The notes: a model not told the origin generated them from the sequence alone. Shown: positions 36,976 through 49,964, counted from the stretch's first letter. The stretch: DNA of 64,000 bases from Chiloscyllium plagiosum (GCF_004010195.1 NC_057719.1:14134364-14198363); one strand, 5' to 3'. Numbers and translations: made by a program.

Positions 36976-37628
36976 TTATGGTCTGAAGTAATTTACATGT
37001 GCAGAGACATCTAGTGGCACATCAGCTATACTGCAATATATTTTCCCTGACTGATTATTAGGGATTTTGAACACTAAACAACTGATTATATTTCTTTCGA
37101 AAATCTCAGTCTAGAAAATGCAACAAAGTGCACTGCTATGGTTTTAAAAGAGAAAACGTTTCATTTAAAAAAAACACAATGCTCATGACCCTATCCGAAT
37201 TATTTTCTCTTATTTAAAATGGCAATGTCTAATAAGAAATAACTTACTTTTTTAAAACTTTTGCTTAAACAAATGATATTTATCACAACCTTAGTGTCAA
37301 TTATTTCAGAGCCATTCAGGATGTCTTCAAGTTACATAAAAGCCTTACACAATCTTAATAGTCTCAGCCAACTGTCTGCTACTTGCAGTTTGTACTGTCT
37401 CTGTATATTTTTCAAATGGAACCATCAGAAATCTAATCAACACTTTCTTTCAACGTCATAGACATAAATTATAGATAGTGTCACTAGACTGGTGTCTGTG
37501 TGTGTTGCTGAACATTTACTCTCACATATAATCGAATTGATAATCCCAAGCAGAATAAACATGTATTTTCCTTAAAATAAATCACCAAGTGCTTCTTTAT
37601 CACTTGCCAGGTGACAATGTCCGTATTC

Positions 37629-37789
37629 TTACTGATGTTCTGTTTCTATTTCTGGTATACAGTCATTAGGATACTGGGAAAGCACAAAGCCTGGTAAACA
37701 GATGCACTTATATGATCCTTCTGTGTTCTCACAGCTTGCATTCCGGCAGAGTGGTATGCTATCACTCAGATCCTCACATTCATTAATAT
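37629..37789 (-). CDS. LTBP2: LTBP2-like, final coding exon (last calcium-binding EGF domain) with stop codon
   Basis: Acceptor ttgcatttcag, then (D)INECEDLSDSIPLCRNASCENTEGSYKCICLPGFVLSQYPNDCIPEIETEHQ-TAA (37631-37629). Confidence 0.9.
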
Positions 37790-37916
37790 CTGAAATGCAA
37801 GAATCACAACAGAGTCATTTCAATTCATATGGGTAGCAGTAGGTCATAGAAACGTCTCCAGCTTGCTCTGTTATTCAATTAGTTCATAGCTGATCATCTA
37901 CCTCAACTTCACCTCA

Positions 37917-38215
37917 TAGAATCCTGACAGTGTGGAAGCAGGCCATTCAGCCCATCAAGTCGACAGTGTCCCTCCAAAGAGTGTCCCACCCCGACCCATC
38001 TTCCTACTCTTTCTCCATACCCTGCATTTCCCATGGCCAATTCACCTAACTTGCCCGTCTTTGGACTGGACTGTGGGAGGAAACCAGAGCACCCAAAACG
38101 AAAACCCACACATACACAGGGAGGATGTACAAACTCCACACGATCACCTGAGGGTGGAATTGAACCCATGTCCCTTGTTCTGTGAAGCAGCAGTGCTAAC
38201 CACTGTGCTACATCA
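37917..38215 (-). mobile_element. HE1/V-SINE-like SINE
   Basis: Reverse complement of the family. Confidence 0.8.
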
Positions 38216-39017
38216 TTCCCTGTGACTGTAAGGTTTGAGTTTAAGGAGGCTGGTTAGCTCTGTTGACAACTGGTTTGCAACAGAGAGTGAAATCAACAGT
38301 GTAGGTTCAATTCATGTACCCGCTAATGTCACCATACCTTCTTAACCTCAGACCTCACTGTGAGAGGTGGTGGCCCTCAGGTTAAACTCACTACCAGTTG
38401 ACTCTCTTGAATGAGAGAATAGCTTTTGGGACTGAGATGACTTTAATGCTTAAGGTCCTGTGGAGTGCTGTTTCATGGAATGCAGGGATGCCTGATTTAT
38501 GAATGTCTGTCTTTTGAATGCAATCCTATACTGGGATGTAATTTGAAAGATCCAATACAGAAACATTTCCTACACACAAATGGCTGCTTTATGTTATCCT
38601 GCATTGTGTCCTGACTTGCATGCAAATCAACTTCCAAACAGACTCATTAACAGAACCCGTTCTCAACCTGGGGACTGCCTGTATTTAATATTCAATCAAT
38701 ATTCCCCCTTTAGGTCCTGAAATATTGACTGCTTCCTGCAGTGAATATCTGTGGAGAGAGAGACTGCTTTCTATTTGACTGCAAAAATGTAACAGATTAA
38801 GTTTGATCATGTCCTTGTGAAACACCAGAGGTTAAGGGTTAGCTAGATTGAGTCCAGGCATTTACTTTTCCAGTCAGGGTATTTCAACTCACAGATGACA
38901 CAATTCCAACACACTAAATACTTGTTATCCACAGACAAGTTCTCACCTAATTATCCCTTCTCTTTATAAAATAATCAATGGATGTAGAATAATAATGAAA
39001 AACGAAAAGTCTACATA

Positions 39018-39728
39018 TTATATTCCTGCTTTTGTCGTTCCAAATGTCCTTTTACTGGTATCTCTGATATTTCCTGGACCTTGCTCCTTTCTTTGTAAGG
39101 AAATGAGAAAGCCCACCCATTTCAAGTTTGCAATTTCTCCATTCTCCAGTATCTACTTTCGAATTATAATATCGATTTGCAGCCTTTCTTCATTCACACG
39201 TTTTATCGAATGATAGTTACCCAGATAAAACTCAATGGGCTTTGCTGCTGAATCTCTCTTCAGAATTTCTCCCAGCATTTTTGTAAAGGAATACAGCACA
39301 TCTACAGCCTCCACAATGGAGTGGGAACAATATGGGCACGTAGCTACTGCTGAAAGCATTGACAGTGAAACAGTTGAAAAGCTGCCTGGCAGTTGGTCAC
39401 AAGGGAAACAACGACGAATGGACATTTTGAAAACTGATGTCACAGACAGCTGGTATCAGTGCATGATAAGACCGTGAACAGATCTCACAAAGAATAACAT
39501 GCTGCAACCTTGAGATAACACATGACCTGGCACATTCTTTGATATCCTGTTACATACTAACGTACATAAACTGTGATTGGTCAAGGCCATGACTTTGCCC
39601 TTTAAACTGGTGATGTGATGTGACAAGATATGACTGGTGTGCACCTCAAGGGATGTAACATGCGTAAAAGTTACATGAACATTTGCATCCTTTGTTTCAT
39701 TGGAAAAATCTACAATTGTTCCAGTTGT
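39018..39728 (-). pseudogene. Decayed reading frame of unknown origin in the last LTBP2 intron
   Basis: ORFs 39456..39644 and 39153..39443 are in the same frame. The frame runs 237 codons with only two internal stops (39456 and 39153) in AT-rich DNA that I do not recognise as a repeat. Confidence 0.45.
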
Positions 39729-40014
39729 TCATCTCCCCAGCAGTGGAATAGAACCATAGAAAAACAGGAGTAAGAGGAGGCCACTCTGCCCTTTCAGCTT
39801 GCTCTGCTATTTATTATGATCATAGCCGATCGTCCAATTGGATTCCCTTTCATTGTCTGTCCTTCCCAAATACATAAGCTCACACTTATCCAGTTTAAAT
39901 TCCATTTGCCACTGAGTAGCTCATTGGAACAGTTTAGCTCAGTTAGCTGGATTGTCAGTTTACAGAGCAGTATGATGCCAACAGTGTGGGTTCAATTCCC
40001 ATCAGTGTTTCTTT

Positions 40015-40290
40015 TTAGATTCCCTACAGTATGGAAACAGGCCTACGGCCCAACAAGTCCACACTGACCTCTGAAAAGTAGCCCACTCAGACCCATTTCC
40101 CTCTGAACTAATGCGCCTAACACTATGGGTAAGTCGCATAGTCTACACAACTTTGTGATAGTGGAACAAAGCCCATGCAGCCACGGGGAGAATGGGCAAA
40201 CTCTACACAGCCAGTCGCCCGAGGTGGGAATTGAACCTGGTCCACTGGTGCTGTGAAGCAGCAGTGCTAGCCACTGAGCCATCGTGCCAT
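40015..40290 (-). mobile_element. HE1/V-SINE-like SINE
   Basis: Reverse complement of the family. Confidence 0.8.
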
Positions 40291-40772
40291 CCATGAGGTT
40301 GCCATGAAGGACTCTCCTTCTCAACCTCTTCCCTCACCTGAGGTTTGGCGACCTTCAGGTTAAATCACCCCTAGTCTAATGAGAGAGCAGCCCCTATGGT
40401 CTGGCAAAACCATGGTGACACATCAACAAGCATCTCGGACCAGCCCATCCATGTTTTCCTGTAATCTGAGGTTATTCTCCACGTGTGTTCTCACCCTCAC
40501 CTATTTTTTGTACCATCTGTGAACTTCGATCAACCCACCTACGTTCAAGTCTAAATCATTTACACAAACCACAAACAGCAAGAGCCCCAACATTGATCTT
40601 TGCAGAATCCCACTGGACACAGGTTTCCAATCACAAAATGTCCCTCAAACTTAATCTGAACTATCAACATCATTTCTCCATCAGCACCCTACACCTCCTG
40701 CCTCCAACACCACTCTCCCCCCTCCCCCCTCAAAACTATTTCATAAATGCTGTCCCCTTCACACTTCACTTC

Positions 40773-40811
40773 AGCTCTGATGAAGAGTCAAGCAGGCTCG
40801 AAACATTAGCT
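40773..40811 (+). ncRNA. Minimal type I hammerhead ribozyme motif (Penelope-associated)
   Basis: AGCT-CTGATGA-A-GAGTC-AAGCA-GGCTC-GAAA-CATT-AGCT: stem I AGCU/AGCU, 5-bp stem II, intact CUGAUGA and GAAA boxes. Confidence 0.7.
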
Positions 40812-41880
40812 TGCTCTCTCTTTATCTATGCTGTCTGACCTGCTGTGATCTCCAGCATTTGTTGTTTTTGGTACAAATTCCAGCATCTGCAGTAATTTGC
40901 TCCTATCTCAAACTTCTCCCTCTGCTTCCCAATTCTGGATCCAAATTAACCAAATTTCCTTGGATTCATGGGCTCTTACCTTCGCTATCAGTCCCCCAAG
41001 CAAGGCTTAACAAAACCCTTGCTGAAGTCTAAGGAGTCTACATTGATTGCTTTGCCCTCGTCTACAAACCTGGTCACCTTTCTTGGAAAATTCAATTAAG
41101 TTGGCTGGACATGATCTCCCTTTAACAAAGCCATGCTGACTATCATTGATTAATCCTTGTCCCTCCAAATTCAAATTAATTCTAACTCCAGCGGTGTTGA
41201 AACTGTTAGAAGCAATTCTGAGAGACAGACATTTATTTAACCTCCAGGGAGACACCCCCACCCCTGGCATTGACACTTCTTTTTGAAGAAACATTTCCAT
41301 GTTGAACTGATCTTCCTGCAGAAAAGCATTTAATCTACATTCCCAATTATTTGTTAATAACAATGCCAAGAAATTGTTTCCCTCTATCTGAAGTGAATAC
41401 AGAGTCCCTACAGAATGAATGCAGATGATTCAACCCATCTTAGAGTCGGATAAAAGGTTGGCACAACACCAAGGGCTGATGGGCCTATACTGTTCTATGA
41501 GTTCATGCCAGCCTTCCAAAGAGCAGCCCACCCCTGACCCCATAAATCCACATTACCAAAAACTCATTCACCTAACCAGCATATCCTAGACACAATGGGC
41601 GATTTAGCATGGCTAATCCACCTAATCTGCACACCTTTGGATTGTGAGAGGAAACCCACACAGATACAGAAACCCTCAGAACGTGCAAACCCCATACAGA
41701 GGGTGGAATTGAACCCGGATCCTTGGTAGTATGAGGCAGCAGTGTTAACTACTGAGCCACTGTGCTACCTATATGCTTATATCTCGACCCCCCCTCAGTT
41801 TTTCCTCAAAGCTTTACTCCAGTGTCCTGGCTTTAGCCTTATAATTCCTGGAGAAACCTTTTCTGTGCATATCCATCCCT

Positions 41881-41916
41881 GTTCTGAAGAAGAGTCACTG
41901 GACCCGAAACATTAAC
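41881..41916 (+). ncRNA. Minimal type I hammerhead ribozyme motif (Penelope-associated)
   Basis: GTT-CTGAAGA-A-GAGTC-ACTG-GACCC-GAAA-CATT-AAC: stem I GUU/AAC, one mismatch in stem II. Confidence 0.6.
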
Positions 41917-42862
41917 TTTGCTTTCTCTCCACACATGCTGCCAGACCTGCTGAGTTTTTCCAGCAATTTTTGTTTTTGTTTCTGCGATAGGGCTGTTTGC
42001 TGTCTGGAATCTCTGTGCCCACCCCACACTCTCTCCAGCTTTGTCATTCTTGCTGTTTAGCAGCTTTTATTAAGCTTTTGCAGGATGGATGAGCAAATTG
42101 CTTCCATAGTTTGAACAGAATTTAGTTTATGTCTTCTCAATTTCTGCCCCTGATTTGAATAATATTTCCTTAATTCCAACAAAGGACAGTGATTGCCCTG
42201 ATTGTGTAAGTTGTACATTCACAGAACTTCCAAACACAATAACTGTGCTCTTTTTCATATCCAGTTCCATTTGCATTTTTTTTATTGATGGCTTACTTAA
42301 CAACAATGGAGCTTCACTGGACTCCACGTCTGTGCTGATGAAATGACGGATTCTGGTTAATTTACAAGGAATGATTACTTTTCTTAAAAGATGTTGGTTT
42401 GCTGTCACGTTCAAATCTGACAAAACGCTCAAATTCTAGGCATCTTTTCGTCTGTTCGTTTGACACAATATAAATGTGCATTTGTTGTCTAACACTGCAA
42501 AGTTAAAAGACTCTGACCCAAGCACATTCATCACTTAGCTGAAACCTCTTGTGACCAACACAGTCCCCTCTTTGATCTCAACCTTCTTCTAAATCTTCCA
42601 TTAGTTTCGAATGTTCCACCATCCTGTTTGGGACAGGTGTTGGCGTAGTGAATCACACCTGACACATCAATTCCTATACCTGGAGATGCTGGAGTTCATT
42701 CTCTTATTGTAAATCTAAAATTCTCTTTCCTTCTCAAAATTGTCAAAAACATTTTAATTTAATTTAATTTCCTTTAATTAAAATTCTTCTTTTCTACTGT
42801 TGCCTCCGTCCTATATCTAGACAGTCCCACCAACCAGTTAATGTTGTGTCATATGGTTAATT

Positions 42863-43125
42863 TAGCTTAAAAATGTGTTGCTGGAAAAGCGCAGCAGGTC
42901 AGGCAGCATCAAAGGAGAAGGAGAATCGATGTTTCGGGCATAAGCCCTTCTTCAGGAATGAGACCATATTGTCTCATTTGTCTTCATTTTGTCTCATTCC
43001 TAAAGAAGGGCTTATGCCCGAAACGTCGATTCTCCTTCTCCTTTGATGCTGCCTGACCTGCTGTGCTTTTCCAGCAACCCATTTTTAAGCTCTGATCTCC
43101 AGCATCTGCAGTCCTCACTTTCTCC
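42863..43125. mobile_element. Fold-back Penelope-like terminal-repeat insertion with two opposed hammerhead motifs
   Basis: Inverted arms at about 42865-42964 and 42991-43091. Minus-strand CTGAAGA(42955-42949)-AGGGC-TTAT-GCCC-GAAA-CATC; the plus-strand copy has CTAAAGA. Flanked by TCATATGGTTAATT at 42849-42862 and 43126-43139. Confidence 0.85.
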
Positions 43126-43434
43126 TCATATGGTTAATTGCCACATTTGCACTACAAATGATTCTGGAAAAGAATACATGTAGTATTTTTCTTTTACTGC
43201 TCCTGACATTTGCTCTAGCAGTCTGTGTTTATCTACAAGTTGAAGTCACATCATAACTGGAAGTCTGTATAAATTTGATAGTTGGCGCTGGGTAATAATT
43301 TATCAGCCAGGATCATTGGGGAATTGTTGCAGTCTTGTTGGTAATGTATTGAATTCCATTCTGTACTCTTCAATGCAGCTACCTTCACTCTGACTTGGCC
43401 AATATATGACCATGCGTCCTAAGCTGTTAATAAG

Positions 43435-44090
43435 ACCGTATGACATGGGAACAGAAGTAGTCCATTCAGCTGGTTGAGTCTGCGCTGCCATTCAATGAGA
43501 TCATGACTGATCTGATAATCCTTAACTCCATGTCCCCGCCCTTTCCCCATAACCATTCATTCTGTACTGATTAAAGACATGTCTAGCTCAGCCTTGAATA
43601 CGCTTAAAACCCAACCTCAATAGCCCTCTGTGGTAAAGAATTCCACAGATTCTGTACCCTCTGAGAGAAGGAATTACTCTTCAGTTCTGTCGTAAATGAC
43701 TGGTCCCTTATTCTAAAATTATGTCCTCTGGTCCGAGAATCTATTCCAGGGGAAACAACTTTTCTGTATCTACCTTGTCACACCCCCTAAGAATCTTGTA
43801 CATTTCAATAAGGTCACCACTTTGGTTTTCTAAACTCCAATAAGTTCAGGGCCACCCTACTCAACCTCTCCTCATAAGGCAGTCCCTCCATAGCTGGGAT
43901 CAATCCTAGTGAACCTTCTTTGAGTTCTGAGGAAGGGTCACTCAACCTGAAACAGTAACTCTAATTTCTCTCCACAGAAACTGCCAGAGACTTTACAACA
44001 ATTTTTGCTTTTGAACTTTCTTTGATCTGCCTCCAATGTCAGTACATCTTTCCTTCAATAAATGGCCAAAAATTATCCAGTACTTTTTTT
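43435..44090 (-). mobile_element. CR1-clade LINE 3' fragment with a Penelope repeat insert
   Basis: Reverse complement of a CR1 3' end; insert at about 43921-44010 with a decayed hammerhead motif. Confidence 0.7.
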
Positions 44091-45757
44091 GTTTAATATT
44101 ATTTGTGAAAAGTTGTAACTTGTGCAAACTTTTATTCTTGCCTCCAATTCTAAAAAAAAACTTTGCGTCTTATCCTGTTTTCATTCTTTCACTGGCCATA
44201 TGATTTGCAATCAGAAATCAGGGCAGGGTAATCCCACCTTGATGATTTAGATTCAGACTTCTTTCTGAAGTTTTCACCACACTACTGTCAGGTTAGAATA
44301 ATGATAACTTTTCAACCTTTGTCCAAAAACAGGAAACCATCCTCCGTGGAGTGGGGAGAGTGAGGACTGCAGATGCTGGAGGTCAGAGTCAAAAACTGTG
44401 GTGCTGGAAAAACACAGCAGGTCAGGCAGCATCCTAGGAGCTGGAGAGTTGACGTTTTGGGCATACGCCCTTCATCGGGGGGAGAGAGAGAGAGAGACAG
44501 AGAGACAGAGAGACAGACAGACAGACACAGTGTGTGTGAGGACGTTGCCAAATTGGAGGGTTGGATATTGGATGAGGTGGGGAGGGAGGGGAGATTTGGA
44601 AACTAGTGAAGTTGATATTGATGCCGTGTGGTTGAACGGTCCCAAGGCAGAGGATGAGGCATTCTTCCTCCAGCAACAGAGTTAACGTTTTGGGTTCAGT
44701 GACCCTTTTTCAGAACTTCTGAACTTAAGTCTGCTTTCTCTCCACAGATGCTGCCAGACCTGTGTTTGTTTTGGACTTCCAGCACCCGCAGTTCTTTGTC
44801 TTTCTTTAACCAGAGGTTACAAGCTGGTTAAACAGTGTTCAAGGTTTTAACAGCTTGAGTTTTATTCCAAATCACACCTCGTAAAACATCAACAGACTGC
44901 TTACTTGTTCCCCATATACCTAATCATGTTCTCATTCAATAATCCCCTAATTACCATTAAATATCAATTGTTTCCAAGTTCCATTTGGTTTTTAGGTATC
45001 CCTACTGGATGAAAATAGTTCTCAATTCATACATTGACCATGAAAACAAAACCTTGAGCTGACATCAACTCTCTCAATCTTATCAACCCAATATAGTCAT
45101 CAACCAACAGTGAATTTCTTTTTAAGAATTAATTTGTTGCAATATGCAGTAAGATGAATCCTTTGGTCCTTTGACCTAGGGATAACGCATTAAAGTCTAT
45201 TCCATGTAGATAACTAGATTTATTTCCATTGGTTTGAGATTCTGGAATGAGCAGGGGACATAGTCTTAGAATATGGCCAGACAATTCTGGACAGGTATTA
45301 TGAAGTACTTCTCCATACACAGGCTAGTAGAGGTTTGGAACTGACTTCCACAAATGGTGATGGATGCTGGGTCACTTGTTATTTTTAAATCTGAGGTAGA
45401 GTTTCTTTTGTTAAACAAAAGGATATGGGCCAAAGATGGGTATATGGAGTTAGACCATAGATCAGCTATGATCTGACTGAATGGTGGAACAGGCTCCAGG
45501 GTCTGAATGGCCTACTTCTGTTCCTATATTCCTAAAACAGCATCTACCCCATAGGGAAGTATCAGCAGTGATACTAATGAGATGTCTAGTCCTTTATCGG
45601 GGAATTGATAACTCAGAAAGCAGAACTGATAAGAATGACAGTGCAATCTGCATCTCTCACTCCAAATAAGCCTGAATATTTAGTGGTGAAGGGTTGAGCT
45701 GTTAAGAAAGAGGAGGAAGGATGGACCAAAGATCACAGAAAGCAAAAGGTCACTCAC

Positions 45758-45907
45758 CTACACAAGTCATTTTTGTCATGTCGAGCTCAAAACCATCAAA
45801 ACAATCACAGGTGTATCCTTCCTGCACTCGAACACATCGCCCATTTTCACAGCCATTCAGAATCCCACACTCCTCTGCTTGTAAGCCTTCAAAACTACTG
45901 GAACGAT
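45758..45907 (-). CDS. LTBP2: LTBP2-like exon (penultimate EGF domain)
   Basis: ttttctcag|(D)[49 protein letters not shown]|gtgagt; 150 nt, phase 1-1. [23 protein letters not shown] is the LTBP2-type sequence. Confidence 0.95.
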
Positions 45908-46279
45908 CTGAGAAAATCAAATCAAATATTGGGATATACCACACAACTAAAGCAGGTTCAGGTGTTTCTGGTTCGACAATAGTACTTTCCATTGATCTAC
46001 CTCAGACCACAGGCTGTAATTTTCGATGGAACTGGAACATGGATGCGTCCATGTATACCATCAATGATCCATGCCAGTTCTGTGAAGGTTGCATCCTGTT
46101 AAAAGATCAAAGTGCCCTCACAATCCTGCCAAGGAAAACTGGTGATACAATTGGCAAACAATGAGGACCCTGTGATGTGGTCACTGCACTGACAAAATGA
46201 ATGAGGTTGTCAATTCTCCAGTTCATGGTTTGAAGGAAAACAATGTTAAAAGCTGTCATACATTTTTTCTATGTTCAAC

Positions 46280-46812
46280 CTCATAGAATTTCTAATGGGT
46301 GGAATTTTGAGGTGGAATTGCCATCTGGGACTTTCTGAGGTGGAATTAGCCTTATTCCCAATTCCTCCACCTCCCTTATTCCCAATTCATCCGCCAAAAC
46401 ACCATCCTTTATTCCCAATTCCTTTGCCTCCGCTGCATCTGTTCCCAGGAGGACCAATTTCACCTCAGAAAGTCCCAGATGGCCTCCTTCGTCCGTGATC
46501 GCAACTTCCTTTCCCACGTGATCGACGATGCCCTCCAGTGCATCTCCTCCATTTCACGCACCACCGCCCTTGAACACTATCCCTCCAAACACAACAAGAA
46601 CAGAATCCCCCTGGTCCTCACCTTCCACCCCACCAACCTCCGCATACAACAGACGATGCCCTCCAGTGCATCTCCTCCATTTCATGCACCACCGCCCTTG
46701 AACACCATCCCTCCCAACACAACAAGAACAGAATCCCCCTGGTCCTCACCTTCCACCTCACCAACCTCCGCATACAACACATCATCCTCCACCACTTCCA
46801 CCACCACCAGAT
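46280..46812 (+). mobile_element. Penelope-like element RT C-terminal fragment with internal duplications
   Basis: IPYSQFL.LRCICSQEDQFH..MASF.RDRNF.SHVIDDALQ.ISS..RT.AL......NKNRIPLVLTFHPTNLRI; the segment at about 46524-46650 is repeated at about 46652-46780. Confidence 0.75.
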
Positions 46813-49535
46813 GGACCCCAATACCATTGTTCACAAGACAATCCTTCCTTTAAGAAGGAGACCAAAGTTGTACATAATATTCAAGGTCTGGCTCATCAAT
46901 CCCTTTTATAACTGGAGCAAATTTCCTACTAATCATGTTCTATTCCTCTCACAATACAACATGGAATTCTTCTCAAATAATTGCTGTACGCATACGGTAA
47001 CTTTTAGTGACTCGTGTACTCGAATATTCAGATCCCTCTGCAGCTCAGAATTCCACTGATGTACTCCCTGAGGTAATCTGTTCTTAATTCTTTCTGCCAA
47101 AGTGAACAATTTTATATTTATTCTTCCCACTTTGCTTACTGACTTAAGTTACCGAGAGTGGTTTCCAAACTCATAATGCCCTCTTTACAACATAGTTTCT
47201 CAACTATCTTTGTGTCATCTTAAAACTTAGGTACTGAGTCTTTGCTTTTCTCATTTAAGTCATTGAGATAAATTGCAAAAGTTTGAGCCCCCAGCATAGA
47301 TCCCTCCCAATATTCTGCCAATCGGAAAAAGATCCATTTACGCATCCTCTCTATTTTCTGCTAGCTAGCCAATCTTCTAACCGTGCTGGTATGTTACTCC
47401 CTCCACCACATGCTTCTATTTTACTTTTGTAACAAATGTCTTCTCGCAAACATAATTTACCTCCATTAGCCATAGCTCATATCATTCTTTCAAAGATCTC
47501 CAATTAATAAGTTAATATGACTTATTTTTCATAAAACCACACTGACACTTCATGGTTGTCTTGATTTCTTTCTAAATGCACCTTCTTAATAATCAATTCT
47601 AACACCTTCCCTGTGGCAATTGTCAACTCAACTGGTCTATAGTTTCGCGTTTTCTGTCTCCTTTGGATGGGACTTTTTCAGAATTTAACAAATTTTGGAA
47701 CATCAATACCAAAGCTTCTGCTTCTTTCATAGCCACCTCTTTTAGGACCCTAGGATGAAGTCATTAAGAGCCAGGGTCTTGTTAGCCTGCAGTTCCATTG
47801 TTTTGCTCAGTACTTTTCCCTGGTGATTGTAGTTTCACCAGGTTCCTCTCTTACTTCCACTTCCCAATTTGCAGCTTTTTTACAGCATATAAATGATTTA
47901 TATGAGTGTCTACTGAAGTGTTCTGACAATCCTGCCGCTACTGTGACCACTCAAGTTATATCTATAATAACCTATCAGAAATAATAAATGACATGTCTAG
48001 TGAGGGATAAAGGAAATTAACTGCAGCAAATAAAATAATTAAAGCAGGTATCAGACTTGGAAATATATCACTGTTCCTTCACTGTGTCAAAATCCTCGAA
48101 CGCTTTCTCTAACGACATTGTAAGTGAATCACATGACTGCAACGGTTCAAGAAGGAAGCTGACCACAACAATAAATAAAGTCTGGCCTTGCCTATATTGT
48201 ATTATCAAATACATGATGTAGCGTCTGTGATTTATGTGTGTTTTTAATATTATTTATTGTAAGTTTGGGTTTTTGGTTTTAAAATCAGTAACATACGGGT
48301 TTTCTGTATGTCTGAAGTTAATAATTAACTTGGAAGTATTTCAGTAGCCATGGTGATTTCTTTTGAAATATTTTTAGAATCTGAGGTTCAGAATTAATGG
48401 TGTTTTGTATACGTTGATAGGGATACATGACTGAACAAGACAATCAAGTTCCAGTTTCCAAGATGAGGAGAGGTTTTATTTTAAGGCAAACACCCATAGC
48501 TTAGAGAGAGAATTATTTTCAGTCTTATTCTGATTTTAGATAGCTCTGTGAAGTCCTTGGATGAAGATGGCTAGATCGTCCAGTGATCCTGAGAAGGGAA
48601 GGATATAACTAGATTAACTTAGAGTGGAGAATTATTTTTAGTTCCAGACCAAAAATGTTGGGATAGAATCCTGAAGAGGATAAAGCTGAGTATGTTTAAA
48701 CTCAGATGTATAATAGCTCCAAGAATAAGCTGCCTGCAGTTCTAGTCTATAAGTTAACAGTCACAGTTAAATCTGTTGAAGGGTTAGAGAGGGACCTTCT
48801 GGTGTGAGTACTGTAGACGTGAAGCATTTGGCTACAATTCAAGGCGTGTTTCTGGGTACAATATCATGGCTGTATTTTGGGTACTGCACAAAAGCTGCTG
48901 TTTTCTATATGTAAAGGAGCATTTTGGGATTAATAGGATTATATTTTTACTGCATGTTTAAAAATCTTAAAAGGTTTGTTTTTAGTAGATAATTCGGTTT
49001 ATTCTATTTTGATTTCATTTCTTCTGTTAATAAACTTCTGTTTTATTGTTAAAGTAAAATTGGCAGCATTGCAAGTTTATACTTCAGCAAGAGACCACCT
49101 TATTAAAACCAAAACAAAACAAAGTATGACCTATTAAGTCAGCTTTCATTTTGGGATCTGACTTGTCCAGTAATAGCATCATCTGGGATCATTAAATAAA
49201 TAAAAAATATAATTTGATCAATCCAACATATGCAGCGTAAGTAAAGACAAATAATCAAAGGCATAGACAGTCCCTTCATGGTAAGTCCATTTCATATCAT
49301 CTCAATCACAATGGAGCACTTTATGAGTAAAATAACCATTCAATTTGAACTTGCATATGTACACAAAATTTTTTCTATCTACATATCTTGAAGTCGAACT
49401 TTGGGTTTCTTTTTGTCATTCTTTTAAAAGTCATACATGTGTCTGGAGAATAAGCATATGTTGTGAAATAACTTTAGCTACTAATACGCAAGGTGAAAGT
49501 CTCATTATAATAAAGAAAACTGAATCACAGCTTAC

Positions 49536-49964
49536 CATTCTCACTGCTACTAAACAATGGGATTCTTCCAGGCTCCCGAGGACGGTACTGTGGAATCCGT
49601 AAATATCCCGTAGAACTATACTCAGATCCAGGTTGTGAATTTCTTAGTCCATATGCTTCACCATATTGAGGTTCTACTGGGCCATATTGATGAGCTGGAT
49701 AAGGATCTCTCAGTTCATACCTCGAGTCGGGTTGCGGATCTCTCTGTCTCAGATAGGGATCTCCCAATCCATATTCTAGCCCCTGTTGGGAATCATATGG
49801 TCTATATTCAGGCTGAACGTAATTATCATATGATCCAATTCCAGGTTGGAAATCCTGACCAAAGGGTGGTATTTCTGGGCCATATTCATAACCAGGTCTA
49901 TCCCGGAGCCCAGTTGATGCATCGCCAAATATCCTAGGAATATTACAAAGCTGTGCAAAATCAA
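49536..49964 (-). CDS. LTBP2: LTBP2-like exon: end of the last TB domain plus Tyr/Pro/Gly-rich linker
   Basis: ccattacag|(V)DFAQLCNIPRIFGDASTGLRDRPGYEYGPEIPPFGQDFQPGIGSYDNYVQPEYRPYDSQQGLEYGLGDPYLRQRDP...IPLFSSSEN|gtaag; 429 nt, open, phase 1-1. RPGYEYGP matches LTBP2. Confidence 0.92.

Noticed and set aside
37629..37789. Read-through fusion of LTBP2 EGF exons to the protease exon (all phase 1, same strand)
   Set aside because: LTBP2 has its own terminal exon and stop, and the protease has a nearer signal-peptide exon; there is no evidence beyond phase compatibility.
39456..39458. In-frame TGA as selenocysteine
   Set aside because: A TAG also interrupts the same frame and I see no SECIS; decay is the simpler explanation.
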